From contig MU053557.1 in NCBI GenBank assembly GCA_013239625.1, positions 1,929,063-1,993,062 on the forward strand: DNA of 64,000 bases, read 5' to 3'. The translations under genes were made by a program, and so were the position numbers. The DNA is from Lama guanicoe. Lineage: Eukaryota. The notes below the pieces were generated by a model. It was not told where the DNA came from. It worked only from the letters and a program-made list of their open reading frames with translations, and made no database searches. This document shows, piece by piece, positions 26,692 to 40,483 of the stretch (position 1 is the first letter of the stretch; every line of letters starts with the position of its first letter).

Positions 26692-29600
26692 CACATCTTC
26701 TTTATCCAGTCATCTGTCAATGGACATTTAGATTGTTTCCATATCTTTGCTACTGTAAATAGTGCTGCTATGAACATTGGGGTGCATGTATCTTTTTGAA
26801 TTAGAGGTCCCTCCAGATATATGCCCAGGAGTGAGATTTCTAGATTGTATGGAAAGTCTATTTTTAGTTTTTTAAGCAATCTCCATACTGTTTTCATAAT
26901 GGTTGTACCAAACTACATTCTCACCAGCAGTGTAGGAGGGTTCCAGTTTAGTACTTTTTTTTCATTACTTAGAGAATACTTTATCCCTAATGGTGGGGTA
27001 AACAGACATTCTGTGTCTCCTAATGTGATGCTTCATTTACAGATGGGGTGTCCAAAGGAGGACATTCTCAACACTGAAAAGCACTATTTACAGTTATACT
27101 GGGACAGGAAGCAAAGGGGAATAAATGATCACTCCACTAATGAAGAATTTTAGGCAAAAATGTTAAATATTTATGTAATCAAGTCTTTAGACCTAACTTT
27201 TGGTTAACAAGAAGCACAGGTGATGATAGATGAATGAACTAAAAGATCCCAAGAAGAAACAGATGGACAAAGCTACTATGTGGGACATCCCACAAGACAA
27301 CTAGTCTCATCCAAAAAAGTCAATATACAGGGAAAAAATGTTGAGATAAGCAGAACACTCTAGATTTAAAGAGATAAAACCAAATGCAATATATGAGCCT
27401 TGCTTGATTGGTTCCTGGAGAAACGACTCTAGAGCTGGTGTCAGATGGAATTAGAGAATTATTTTTCATTTTCATAGGCAGGATAACGTTATGTGATTAT
27501 GTATGAGAATGCCTTTTTGTAGGAGATACATGCTAGAATATTTAAAGTAAAATGTCATGGTGTCTGCAATTTATCATGAAAAAAATGTATGCCCTCACTA
27601 TATATGCATATTTAAATATATATGCATATATATGAAATGAAAATGAAAATGCTCATTAATATTCATTTATTTATTAATAAATATTCTTGATGGTCATTTA
27701 TTGTACTATTCCAGTGTTTTAATGTTTGAAATGTTAATAATACCAATTGGCGACAAAATTGCTCTCACGAAAGTATTCACAGGTATCGAGGTTTGCTTCT
27801 GTGCATTTTGATTTAGATTCTAGTATATTCTGAATCTTCACTGAGTAGAATTTTGATCCTATCCTGTCTGATGTCATTTACTGGACTTTATTTTTATGTG
27901 TACTTTGGGATTTGGGAGATTACATTAGATATGTGTCTTGATGAAAGAAATGTGCAATTATTGCAAATTGAGTATGAACATTACCCTTTAGTGATCTTTC
28001 CACATCTATCTTTTCTAATCAGTGTAGGGCTTATAAATTAAACATATCCTCTTAATCTGCTCATACATTACCATGCAGAGGTGTGTGTGTATTTAAACCC
28101 CAGTCTGGCATTTCTTTTTAAAATATTGTTATGGCAGAAGATTATTATAGCCATTGATCATTCCTAGAATGTTGTGAGAGTTCATGCAACTTTATAAAAA
28201 ACATGAAAACCAAAATCTAAGTTTCCGGTCCCCCACTGCTCTACCACCAACCATAACAGAAATTTCCAAAGCAATGTTTCAAGAGATTATCATAGCTCAC
28301 ATCACCATTGTTCAAAAAAATGTATAAGGTTGTCTAAGCTCCTTCCGGATGTAGGTGACATGGAACATAGTCTGGTGGCCTGTCCCACTTGTCCCCCTCC
28401 TGCCCCGTATCACAGGACAATCTGATGAGGAGACCAGCCTATCCAAAGTGTGGGATCAAGAGGCTCTGATTGGAAAATAAGGCATTTTCTCCCATGCCAT
28501 CTGTTCCCAAAGTGTAACCCACAGAACTAATAGTTATTTCATGGGAGGAAAAATCCCAATAAGTTTGGGAACTTCTGGGTTAAGTCAAGTGAAACTGATT
28601 TCTTTACTGCAGGACTTCCCAGAATGTTAAATATACTAATGGACTTGGTCAGTCTCCAAGTGGGGGAAACACCGTTTCTAAAATGTAGTGCCCACAAAAC
28701 TCCTAAGTTGGAATTCTATTTCATGAAACCAGTGCTCTGAGAAAAAGAATCTCAGAGATGCTGTTCTAAGATGGTTTCTGGCTTAAAAAGTCTTGCCACC
28801 TCTGACTCTCACCCTCTTCATAGTAAAGAACAGCCACTGTTTATTGAGCATTTGCTATGGACGAGGGAGGTATGTTAAAGAAAGAAGCTCAAAGAGGTCA
28901 CGCTATCTGCCCAGGGTCCCACAGCCATGAAATGTCAGCTGTTATTCTCACTCACCCAGGTCTGACCCCAAAGTTCAGGCTTCTCAACATTAATGCTTCT
29001 CTCACATCATCAAGCTGATCACTGAGAAGGGAAACGTCAAGTCTTTAAAAGTGGGACAGGAAAGGATTTTAACAAGTCTAGTCTCATCTAAAACCCATAA
29101 TAAACTTGTGAATATAGGATCAGTGAGGACTCTCTGTGGCTGGGATGTGACTTGGCTACCAGTGCGGCTGGTTCTCTAAGTTCTGCCTCAGAGGTGACCC
29201 CACGGTTGGCTTTGAAATTTAACCACCAGCATCATCTGTAAATTGCCTGCATGGAGAGATGGGCCATCTTTTTGTACTCTGAAATGGCTTTTCCTCACTG
29301 CCTCTGAGCAGAGCTGGCAGAAATCTGTGTATCACAGGCCAAAACCCCCACGTCAGAATGTAAAGGGAAGGTTCCCTGAGGACCGAGCAGAGGGTGAGTG
29401 TAGTGGAAAAGCATCAACCCTGCCAGAAACCACAGGCCAAAATCTGGGACTTCATTAAAAAATAATCACTTGGGATTATTCTCCCATTGCAACAACCCTG
29501 TCCCTGCAGCCCCTGGTTTGCCACCTAGAGAATAAGGAACTAGTTCTTCTAACTCCTTTATTCCTACCAGAGAGAAAGCAAGGAGAGCTCTCTGAGGCTG

Positions 29601-29817
29601 CAAAACAGTCCTGATTTTTCTCTATCTCAGTACTCTTCAGGAGAAATATACATATGTATGTAACATAACACACATATATTTTTTAATTTTCCAGTAGCAA
29701 TGTTAAAAAAGTAGAAAATAAACAAATGAAATTTATAATTTCATAAAATTAACAACTGACAAAGTAGACTCACATACCCACGTTGTTCCAATCATACTTA
29801 AAAGTTTTAAAAATGTA

Positions 29818-30656
29818 TGTGCAGACTCACAGACACAGGAAACAAACTATGGTTACCAGAGGGAAATGAGGGTGGAGGGATAGATTAGGAGTTCGGGATG
29901 AATAGCCAAGACATGGAAAGAGCCTAAGTGTCCATCAACAGATGACTGGATAAAGAAGATGTGGTATATTTATACAATGGAATACTACTCAACCATAAAA
30001 AAGAATAAAATAATGCCATTTGCTGCAACATGGATGGACCTAGAGATCATCATTCTGAGGAAGTAAACCAGAAAGAGAAAGAAAAATATCATATGAGATC
30101 GCTCATATGTGGGATCTAAAATAAATTAATAAATACAAAACAGAAACAGACTCATAGACACAGAATACAAACTTGTGGTTGCCAAGGGGGTGGGGAGTGG
30201 GAAGGGACAGACTGGGATTTCAAAATGTAGAACAGATAAACAAGATTATACTGTATAGCACAGGGAAATATATACAAGACCTTATGGTAGCTCACAGAGA
30301 AAAAAATATGACAATGAATATACATATGATCACGTATAACTGAAAAATTGTGCTCTATACTGGAATTTGCCACAACATTGTAAAATGATTGTAACTCAAT
30401 AAAAACTGTTAAAAAATATGAAAAAAAGGAGCTTGGGATGAATAGATACACATTACTGTACATAAACTAGATAAACAAGGACCTACTGTACAGCACAGGG
30501 AACTATATTCAATTTCTTGTAATGAGCTGTAATGGAAAAGAATCTGGAAAATATATACATATATGTACATATATGTATATCTGAATTGCATTGCTGTACA
30601 CCTGAAATTAACATTGTAAATCAACTCCAGTTCAATAAAAAATAAGAATAAAAGAA
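29818..30656 (+). mobile_element. L1 3' end interrupted by a second L1 3' end (29906-30426)
   Basis: Inner L1 bounded by AGGAG(TTC/CTT)GGGATGAATAG at 29887-29905 and 30427-30445; outer element ends AATAAAAAATAAGAATAAAA. Confidence 0.88.
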
Positions 30657-32204
30657 GTATGTGTAAATTGAATTAGATTAAAAGTTTAGTTCTTTAATCC
30701 CACTAGTCACATTTCAAGGTTCAGTGGCGGCAATCAGTGGGTGAGAGGCCAGGGAGATGGATATCCTGCAATATAAAGAGTAGTTCTGCACAACAAAAAA
30801 TTGGCCTGCCTAGGTAAAACACCTGTGTATTATTATCTCAGCCTAGAACCTGTTTGTTTTTTTGGTGAGAGTGTTGAGTGTGGCTTTAATATACAATATA
30901 TTTTGGGGGGACTGATAATGCATATAAGTTAAGAGAAGTTGGTACTTTGTTTCATTTAGTGTTTGTTCTACCAGGAATTGTCTACCATTTTGAAAAATTG
31001 CTTCAGAAATTGAAATGCTGCTCCTATATCAGACAGTATCTGTGGCTGTGCCATTCACGGGGTTCCTAGACATGTGTAAAGCATCTTCATATCTTCTAGG
31101 GAAATCACACCCAAGCATTTGCCATTAAAATACACAGTATTTTATTATCAATTACTTTCCTTTTATTTCTCTATTAAAGCAAGGGCGATGTGTTGGTTTT
31201 CGAAGTTATATTTGTAGGAGGATTATTGCATCTATTAATTTCATTCCAGAATGGTAAAGGGGTGTTGTGAAATAAGTGTTAACGGAAAGCACGCTTTGTG
31301 CCTGATGGATTGAGAGCCCTTGCTCTAGAAGTGCAGCTCGCTCCAGCCGATGAAGACTGCCACCTGCAGGGAGGAGAGCGAACTGAGGCTGCATCCCAGA
31401 CAGCCCTAGGAATTCCCATGGCTGAAAGATTCCAGGGGACAGGGAGGAGAGAGCTGCCTCAAGGAAACAAATATGTACTGTGCACCTCCTAAGTCCACAG
31501 CATTGTGCTAGAACACAGGGCTACAGCAGGGACCCAAACAATCATGGCTCTGCTCCCAAGGCGCTCACAGTATCATGTGGGAAAGTATGTGGGTCTGGTG
31601 GGGGGAATCAGGTCAAGTGGGCTAGGACACTCCATTGGTCAGAGATTCACACCTTCCATTTAAAACCTCTCTGCTAGCAACTTGTCCAGGTTAGTGGATC
31701 CCGGAAAATGTAAGAAAGAGTGCTAAATTTTCTGCACATATACTTAATTTTTTTCAAAATGTACATCAACATAGAAAATCTAAATAAAAACAGACACAAG
31801 AAATACATTAATACAGCCTTTTGTAGGATAACGTTTTAAAATTAGAGAGACATATAGAATAAAACAAAAGGTCTCCTTCATTCTTCCTGAAAAGCAATTG
31901 TTAGTATATGTCTAGAATATGGCCTTCCTAACATTTTATGTGTTTATATATGTATATTATATATATGTATGCAGATACAAATACATGGCTTTGTTTTTTT
32001 AAACATAAATGAAGTTACTATATATACATGTATGCATACATATGCAGATGTATAGATATATTATAAAATTTATATTTAAATATATATTAATAGTTTAACT
32101 TGATTTTTAAAATTTTAAAGTATATCTTGGAGATGTTTCCATGTCAATATAGGTAGAGCACCCCCCCACTGATTTTAAGATTCCATACTAACTCACTGTA
32201 AATA

Positions 32205-32880
32205 ATTTATTCATTCTTCAACAAATATTTATTAAATATCTACTATATGCCTGAATCTGTTCTAGGTGCTGAGGATGTAACAGTGAACAACAACAACAAC
32301 AAAAAAAGGCAAGGACAGAAAAAAGACAATTTGCTTCCAGTGGACAGAAAAAAGACAATATGCTTAATAAATAAGTTAATAATGTATTGTACATGAAAAA
32401 GTGATAATTTCTATGGGAAAAGCATAGAGCAGGAAAAAGGAAATTGGGAGTACTAAACTCAGAGTGGAGTGGGTTGCAATTAAAAACTGGGATGGGTGAA
32501 GCAGACCTCACTGGGAAGCAGGCTTGAGCAGATGAGAAAGGGAGCTGTGAGGACCCTGTGAGAGTTTTCCAGACGGCAGAAACAGCCTATGCAAAGGTCC
32601 TGAGGTAGGAATGTAACTAACAGGTTGAAGAAACAGCAAGGATGCTACTGCAGCTAGAAACTAGGGCAAAAGTGGACACAGGAAGACCAGTTTGAAGGTA
32701 ATGGCAAAAATCTACGAGAGAGATAATAGTGGTTTAAGATCAGGGTGGTAGAAGGTAATGAGAACTGGTCAGATTCTGCATCTATTTTGAAGGTAGAGTC
32801 AACAGGACTTACTGATGGTATTCATGCAGAGAGTGAGAGAAAACAAAAAGGAATCAAAGATGATTTATCCTAAGCCCCTG
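32205..32880 (-). mobile_element. L2 LINE fragment
   Basis: TTCATTCTTCAACAAATATTTATTAAATATCTACTATATGCC reverse terminus; contains a 24-bp direct repeat (32313/32342). Confidence 0.6.
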
Positions 32881-35800
32881 GAAATACTGTGCTGTGTTAA
32901 CTCTAATGTGCCATAGTTGATGCAACTTGTTCTTTATAAACAAATATTTAGGTTATCTCTGGGCTTTCTCTATTATAAATTATCTCGCAAAGATTATCCT
33001 CTTACATGTATCCTTATGCACATCCAGTTGGGTTTCCTAGTGAAGCATTTCACTCCTCTCTCACCTTTGAAAGGACCTGATCTAATCTAATCCACTAGGG
33101 AGGATTGGTGTGTGCTTGGGATATGCAAAGGAATTGGTGAGTGAAGTCAAATTAAGCATGAAGAAAAGGTCATCTTTTCTCTTTCACACTTTCCCTTCTT
33201 GCATCATCCCATCCCCCAGTTAATATTGTGCATGATAAAATCAAACAACAGCTAACATTTTTGAGCACTTAAGTGCTAGGCAGTGTTAGGTGACTGACAA
33301 TATTATCTCCTTTTTACCCTCATGACAACACTATGAAATAAATATATATGTCCACTGCAAAGATAAGAAGTAAAAGAAGACCTTGTACAGGTCAAAAGCA
33401 TCCCCAAGGTCACCTCGGCATAAGCGATGAACTTGGATTTTAACCTAGACAGTCTGATCCTGGAGCTCACATCCTCAACCATCAGCCATCTGCACTGTGC
33501 AGCATTTAATATAAATAAATTCCTACATATCCGTGTGATTTTTTTCTTTGGGACAAAATATCTTTGTTTCCTTTATAGTAAGAATTATGCCTAGCCCCCT
33601 AAAAGGTAGTGCGGGGTAATGTAAAAGGCACAGGCTATGGAATCAGCTCCTTCAGGCTGTGTGATCGTGGGTAACTTGCTTAACCTCTCTAAACCTCAGA
33701 GAAATGGGTCAGGACCCTTAGGAAATGAAACATATCATGGGTAATTTTCCATGGGGACTTGTGTGTATAAAAACCTCTTAAGTATTTTAGATCCAAGTGT
33801 CCTGTTTGTGGCTAAAGACTGGCAGTGAAGTCCAGAGTCCCTCCTGGAGAAATCTAGACCGTTCTCTCTCCTCTTGCTGGTCCCTCTGTTGTCAGGCAGT
33901 TTCCTTGGAAACCCAGCATCCTCCCTATCTCCCTTCTTCTTCATGACCTGCTCCCTGTCCTATGTTAGAGCTGCCATTGAAATCAAAAGATTTCAGGGCT
34001 GTGGAAAGAGGACTGGCCTCAGGCTCAGAAGATGAGAGTTGAATCCCAACACAGAATGGCTGTGTGACTGGAACAAGCCCACAGCCCTCTCTGAGCCTAT
34101 TTCGCTATCTCTAAAGTCATCAGTTGACCAGATAAACTCTAAATTCTCTCTCTGAATGAACATCCTACAACTCTATCTCCAGTGGTGATTGGAAGGAAGA
34201 GAATGATGGATACAGGGAATACGAAGAATCTGGCCTCCTACCGTATTTATTGACTTCTCAGAGGCCACAATTGATTGGCTTCCTCTGGAGCAGATGCTCA
34301 ACTGTTGCTCTTGCGGCAAGTCTTTTTTTTTTTTTTTTTTGCCCGAGGAAACAAAATGTTTCAGGAAATTTCACAAAAATTGATCTTATATTGTCTTAAG
34401 AACCACAAATTCACATCAAGCAGGGCATTACGTGAAACCTGAGGTCCCAAATGTTGTCTGTGAGTATTTCTCCCCTGCGAACAGTTCACACTTCTGAGCT
34501 GTGTCCTGGGCTGCCTGGTTTAACAATCAGCTGTGTCAGTGTGATTGAGGTGTGCGGCAGGTGTGACTGCAGCTGAGTTAGGTCTGACTGACTCCAAATC
34601 TAGGCAGCAGAGTTGTGTGTGAACTGAGTCTCTGGATAGAGGGGTGCTCGGTGCTGAACACAGCTCTGGGAGGATTACAACACCCCTCCTCGATCCCCCC
34701 CAGCAAATTTCAAAGGATCACTCTGGCTGCCACACTGAGTATTAGAAAGGGCATGACTGAAAGCAGAAGGTCAGTTAGGAGACAGAAATCAGGAAATAGA
34801 GGATGGTGGCTGGGTCCATGGCAGCCATGAAGGTGGTGAGACGTGGTCAGCATCTGAATCCATCTTGAAGGCAAAGGCCAACAGGTGTTGCAGATGAACA
34901 GGACATGGGTCATGTAAGGGAAAGACAAGTGTTATGGAGACTCCAACATTTTCCCTCAAGCACCTCAAAGGACAGAGATGTTATTAACAGATGTGGGGAG
35001 GACCGAGAGAGGAGTGAGTTTGGGGGTGAAGGTCTGACATTTGTTTTTATCATGTTAAACTTGAGTTGCCTGATAGATGTCTAAGTGGAGCCACGGAGTA
35101 GGTGGTTAAATGTTAGGGTTTCAACTGCAAAGAAGACGTCTGGACTGGAGTCAGACATCTGCACCAACCCCAGAGACAGATCAGGGGAAGCCTCAGCCTC
35201 CTCGCTCATAAGGGGAAAGATATTCTGGCTGCCTTACCTTTCCTCTGTCAAGTCCTCCTCCTCCCATTTGACACTGTAATTGCCTGGCAAGGTAGTGAGT
35301 GCAAATATGCTTTCCTCCAGTCTCAGAGGATCTGCTACATTCTAACAGTCCAATCCAAGAAGACTTCTTTTTCCTTAAGTTTTTCAGGTTTAAAGCTCAG
35401 CTCAAGAGAATCAAGAGCATAGGAACAACCTTGTGCAAAAAACAAAAACAAATTCACTGGGAGCCGCGTTTCCTACCTGAGACATCTCAGGGAAACCTAG
35501 ATGTCCTGGGATGTACACAAGGAGGAACAAGACAGGCACAGAGAGCGATGCCTGGACGACAAGTGGCAGAGGATTCAGAATCCTGGTGGGTTTCCTCAGC
35601 TGATGAATGCTCAACAGCTCTGAGGATTTTTAGCTTAAAATAGGAACAATGAATATGGAAGGATCTTTTAAATGTTAATAGAAGCGGTATTAAGGAAGAA
35701 AATTGAACCCATTGTTTCACAAACAGCTGGATCTACAGAAGCAAATTCACTGTGTATTTCTGAGGGTTCCTTTCAAAATATGCTTAATTATAATAAGCAA

Positions 35801-35918
35801 AAACTCCAGGGAGGTGCACCCTGGGAAAAAGACCTGGGGGTTGGGAATCAAAAGATCTGGCTTCCACCTCTTGGCAAATCATTGATTTCTGGATGTCATA
35901 TTCAAAAATGCAGATTCT

Positions 35919-36019
35919 GGAGGGAGGGAAATAGCTCAGTGGGAGAGCACATGCTTAGCATGCATGAGGTCCTGGGTTCAATCCCTAGTACCTCCATTAT
36001 AAAATAAATAAATAAAAAC
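35919..36019 (+). mobile_element. tRNA-derived camelid SINE (Vic-1-like)
   Basis: Full head plus A tail; TSD AAAA(T/G)GCAGA(T/C)TCT at ~35905-35918 and ~36020-36033. Confidence 0.88.
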
Positions 36020-36189
36020 AAAAGGCAGACTCTAAGATTGCTCACAGGTTGTCATGAAGTGGAAGAAAGAAAATGTACATAGTAATGACAGGACTAGGAA
36101 CACTGAGAGCTGCCACATTGAGCAGTGAGGTGCAGGCACTGACCAGGCACCTGACAGGTGCTGCTGTAAGGCTGCTACACCTGGAAGAT

Positions 36190-36445
36190 ATGGAGTAAGG
36201 CTCAGGGCTTTGGAAGCAGAGTGCTTGGATTCAGACCCCTACTCTGTCACTCATTGGCTGGGTGACCTTGACCTAGTTACTCACCCTCTCTGAGCTCAGT
36301 TTCCTCATCTGCAAAATGAGGATCATAATATTAGCTTTTAACTTTATTAAGAAGCTTAGCAAGAAGATTAAATGAACTATGATAAATGAAGCACTTAGCC
36401 CAGCACCCAGCATATAATAAATACTCAATAATTGTTAGCATTTCT
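36190..36445 (+). mobile_element. MIR SINE, near full length
   Basis: GCTGGGTGACCTTGACCTAGTTACTCACCCTCTCTGAGCTCAGTTTCCTCATCTGCAAAATGAGG core. Confidence 0.75.
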
Positions 36446-38663
36446 TACTATCACGTGTAATTCTTATAACAAGGCAATCAGGTGTGTGGTCATTATGATT
36501 GCCATGTTATAGCTGTCAATCAGAGTGATTGCTTAACTCACATTGCTGATAAATAGTATTACTGGTAAGTAGTAAATAATGTGGAAATGTTAATAATTTG
36601 TATTTTGGAGGGGATTGAGGGGTCTTTGGTTTTTTCCCTGATATTGAGCTCACATCAGGCTCACGGCCTCCCGTTTGGTTCCTTAGATGAGATGCTATGA
36701 ATTTCCCTCTCTATGCAGCTGCTTCCATCCAAACATGCACTTTTCACTCCCATGTCCCATGTTCAGAGAAGCCTTTCCTGACTGTCACCTAAAATAGCCC
36801 CTACCACCTCCATCCCCCAGCAGAGTACCTGCCTATATGTGACCCTGTTTTGTTTTCTTTACTGAAGTTATCACTCATTTGGTGGCTGTCTATCTCATCT
36901 CACCAGAATGTAAGCTCCTTGAGGGCAAAGACTTTGGCTTCTTCACACTTGATCCACATGGCCTGGAAAAGTGCTTTGCACACAGTAGACATTTTCAATA
37001 AACGAAAATGAATGACTGTCATTCTCCCCACTTATCTCAGCCTTCGGATCAGAGCATCATGTTACTTCTCCTATAAATCCTTTTCAATTAGTCATCTGTC
37101 TGAGATCTGTCGGCAAATGACCAAGGAGTTGGGATAAATATTTCTCCTCCCTTTCCACTCCCCCAAAATTAATTCCTCCCCCCCCCACACATTTGCAAGA
37201 CTAACAGGACAGTGCGATCAGACGTGATTTTCCTCCTCTCCCTGATGCTGGCGCTAAATTGTGAGGATTAATGAGATCCCTGTTGCTCTCACTCACTCTA
37301 AGTGTCACGCCGTGGCTGAACCAATATTGGGACTCGTAGAGTCCATTAGAGTTCATTTCGCTCCTATGCTACCGTACCTGCAAGCGGAGTCCCTATCAAG
37401 CCTGTTTTAATAACAGCGTTCCAGAGGGAAAATGCCAACTGAATTCATTACTAAAGTAAACTGAAGCTACAAGAGCAGGCTGGAGGGGAAGAGGCATCCA
37501 AGGAAGTTTATCTTTTCAAACTCAGGGCCACTCAGAAATTGACAAGCAGTAAAACACACACCACCTCTCCTCGCGAAATAAGTTATCTTGGGCAGCACCC
37601 CCAGACCACAGCTTGACCTTTGTGAATCTAAATTACTCTCTCCATTAGCCAAGCAAAGAGGATTGTGTTGCCTAGAGATTTTCTTTTGCCTTCTTCTAAT
37701 AATTCCCCACTGTCCATAAAACTAACATAAGTATTAATAATGACATAAGATTACAGCAGCTCTACACTGTCTACTGTTGCAACGCCCAGGATACAGTGGT
37801 GCCAAGTAAGTATGATCTATTTGCCCTCTTATAGGGGAGACAACACAAAACATGTGTTCAGTCACTTCATTATAAATTGTCATAAGTGCTATGGCTGGGG
37901 TCAAAGGACCTACTTTAGATAAAGCAGGTAAGAACTAAGCTAAGATTCAAAGGGTAAGAAGGTCAGCTTTGTGAAGTGTAGGCGTGTGTGCGCATCGTGT
38001 GACTGTGTGTGTGCGTGCGTGTGCATGCATAAGTCTGTCAGCCACCACGTCCCCAATCTGTGGATGAGGCAATCAAGGCTCTGGGAGGCTGTATGTCCCG
38101 CCCAAGGTCACTCAGTCATTATAAGACAAGGTTTTGAAATCCGTTTAGTCTAACTCCAAGTTACATGCTTTTTCCAGGGTTCTATGCTGTTTCTTGCATA
38201 AATTAGAGAAGATGAAGGGCTGACAACTCAGAAGGGGGAGGGGGTGAAGTTCCTTCCCCTTCCTCTGCACATTGTGGTGACAGCTGAGCGAGGCCACTGG
38301 GGTCGCAGAAGTAGCGGCTGGGGGTCTGCAGTTTGGAAGAGACTTTGGCTCAGCAACGTGGAGGGAGGGCAGGAGTGAGAGAGACTGAAACAAAAGGCAG
38401 ACAAGACAGCGGAGAAAAACCCTACCTGGAGAAAATGTGGCTGACAAGACGCCTAAGGAAATAGACAGAAGATAAAACACAGGAAGAACTGACCTGAGGC
38501 CAAGACAGAATGAGGCGAGGCCCCCAGTTCACATCCCCTTTGGGCCCCTCTGTTGGTGGTACTTAGACACTGGCTGAATTTCAAAGTCCACTCCTGATTC
38601 CCCCTCAGGTTCCACAACCAAACTTCTTTTTCCCATTTTTCTCCTTTATTCATCATAAAGCTT

Positions 38664-38830
38664 ATATTGAGCCGTAATGGAAAAGAATCTGAAAACATAT
38701 ATAAAATGTATGCATGTGTGTAACAATCGCTCTGCTGTACACCTGAAACTAACATTGTAAATTGACTACACTTCAATTTAAAAAAACCTTAAAAATAAAT
38801 CAATAAAACCTTAAAAATAAAAGAAGGATA
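38664..38830 (+). mobile_element. L1 3' terminal fragment
   Basis: GCTGTACACCTGAAACTAACATTGTAAATTGACTACACTTCAAT plus A-rich tail. Confidence 0.75.
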
Positions 38831-39034
38831 GAAATAAGAGGTACAGGACCTCTGGTTTCTGGCTGCACCTGTAAGGAGCTGGGAAGTGGCCACTCTGCCC
38901 TAACAAAAAGTAAAAGCTGAACAGACTAAAAGATCAACAACTCTTTTTGGATTCCTAAGGGAGGGGAGGAAACAGGGTAAACTGCTAATAACCCCAAGAT
39001 TAGACTGAATGCCAGCAATCACAGCTTACCAGAG

Positions 39035-39151
39035 GGTGGGGCTAGCTCAGTGGCAGAGCGCATTCTCAGCATGCAAAAGGTCCTGGGTTCAATCCCCAGT
39101 ACCGCTGTTAAAATAAATAAATAAACCTAATTCCTACCCCCCAACTCCCCA
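39035..39151 (+). mobile_element. tRNA-derived camelid SINE (Vic-1-like)
   Basis: Head plus (AAAT)n tail; TSD AATCA(C/T)AGCTTA(A)CCAGAG at 39017-39034 and 39152-39170. Confidence 0.85.
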
Positions 39152-39895
39152 AATCATAGCTTAACCAGAGCAGAGACTCATAGAGAAGAACAGAGAGCAG
39201 AGCGAAGCGACGGAAAGGGACAGATAGGCAGGGAAGATGCGTCAGAGTGCGTGGGCGGTGAAGGCGCTGGAGAAGAGGGAACTGCCGTGCGCAGAGCTGG
39301 AGGAAGGCTGTTCTAGACGGAGGCGGGTTGCAAAGGCCTAAGGCGGGGAGAAGCGTGGCCTGGTCGAGAAAAGGCAGGAAGGCCAGTGTGACCGGGGAAG
39401 TCAAAGGCGGAGTGGGCAGACGGGAGATGAGGTGGGAGATGAAGTGGGAGTTACAAGCAGGGCCCGGTTCACGAGGTCCTGGTGTGGATGCACGGTTTTA
39501 CTCACGGAGGAATGGGAAGTCATTGAAAGACTTTTTAAACGATGCTGATATGCTCTGATTTGCATTTTCCAAAGGTAACTGGTCGAATGGATTTTTGAGC
39601 ACATGTATGGTGACTATATTTTTAATAAACTTTTTATTTTGGATTTGAATAATTTTAGATTCACAGAAAACCTACAAAAATAGTACAGAGACTTCCTATA
39701 CCCTTCACCCACTTTCTCCTATTATTAACATAACCATCGTGTTTTCAGCACAACGAAGACTAACAATGATAGATTACCACTAATTACACTACAAACTTCG
39801 TCTGGATTTTACCAGTTTTCCCACTAATATTCTTTTTCTGTTCCAGGATCCAACTCAGAATAGCACACTCCCTTTATACTCATCATATTTTATTG

Positions 39896-40438
39896 TCTTA
39901 TTTTTTAAAAAATTTTTGCCTGGGTTATTTTTTTTCCATTTTTTAATTGAGGTATAGTCAATTTATAATGTGTTAATTTCTGGTGGACAGCATAGTGATT
40001 CATTTATACATATGTATATTCCTTTCCATATTCTTTTTCATTATAGGCCATTACAAGATACTGAATATAGTTCCCTGTGCTATACAGTACATCCTTGTTG
40101 TTTATCTATTTTACATACAGTAGTTAGTATCTACAAATCCCAAGCTCCTAATTTATTCCTCCCCACCCCATTCCCCACTGGTAACCACAAGTTTGTCTGT
40201 GAGTCTGTCTCTTTTTTGTTAAGTTTATTTGTGTCCTCTTTTTTTTTTTAGATTGCATATTTAAGTGATATGGTATTTTTCTTTCTCTTTCTAGCTAACT
40301 TCACTTAGAATGACTATCTTCAGGTCCATCTATGTTTGTGTTGCTGTTGCTGCAAATGACATTATTTTATTCTTTTTTATGGCTGTGTAGTATTCTATTG
40401 TGTGTGTGTGTGTGTGTGTGTGTGTATACACACACAGC

Positions 40439-40483
<45 letters not shown>

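Larger units (their letters stand above)
25020..26945 (-). mobile_element. L1 3' portion (host element, split at 25152-26363 by a nested insertion)
   Basis: The 3'UTR at 25020-25168 continues seamlessly at 26347-26945; ORF2-like peptide DTCTPMFIAALFTVAKIWKQ; internal (CA)n at 26655-26688. Confidence 0.88.
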
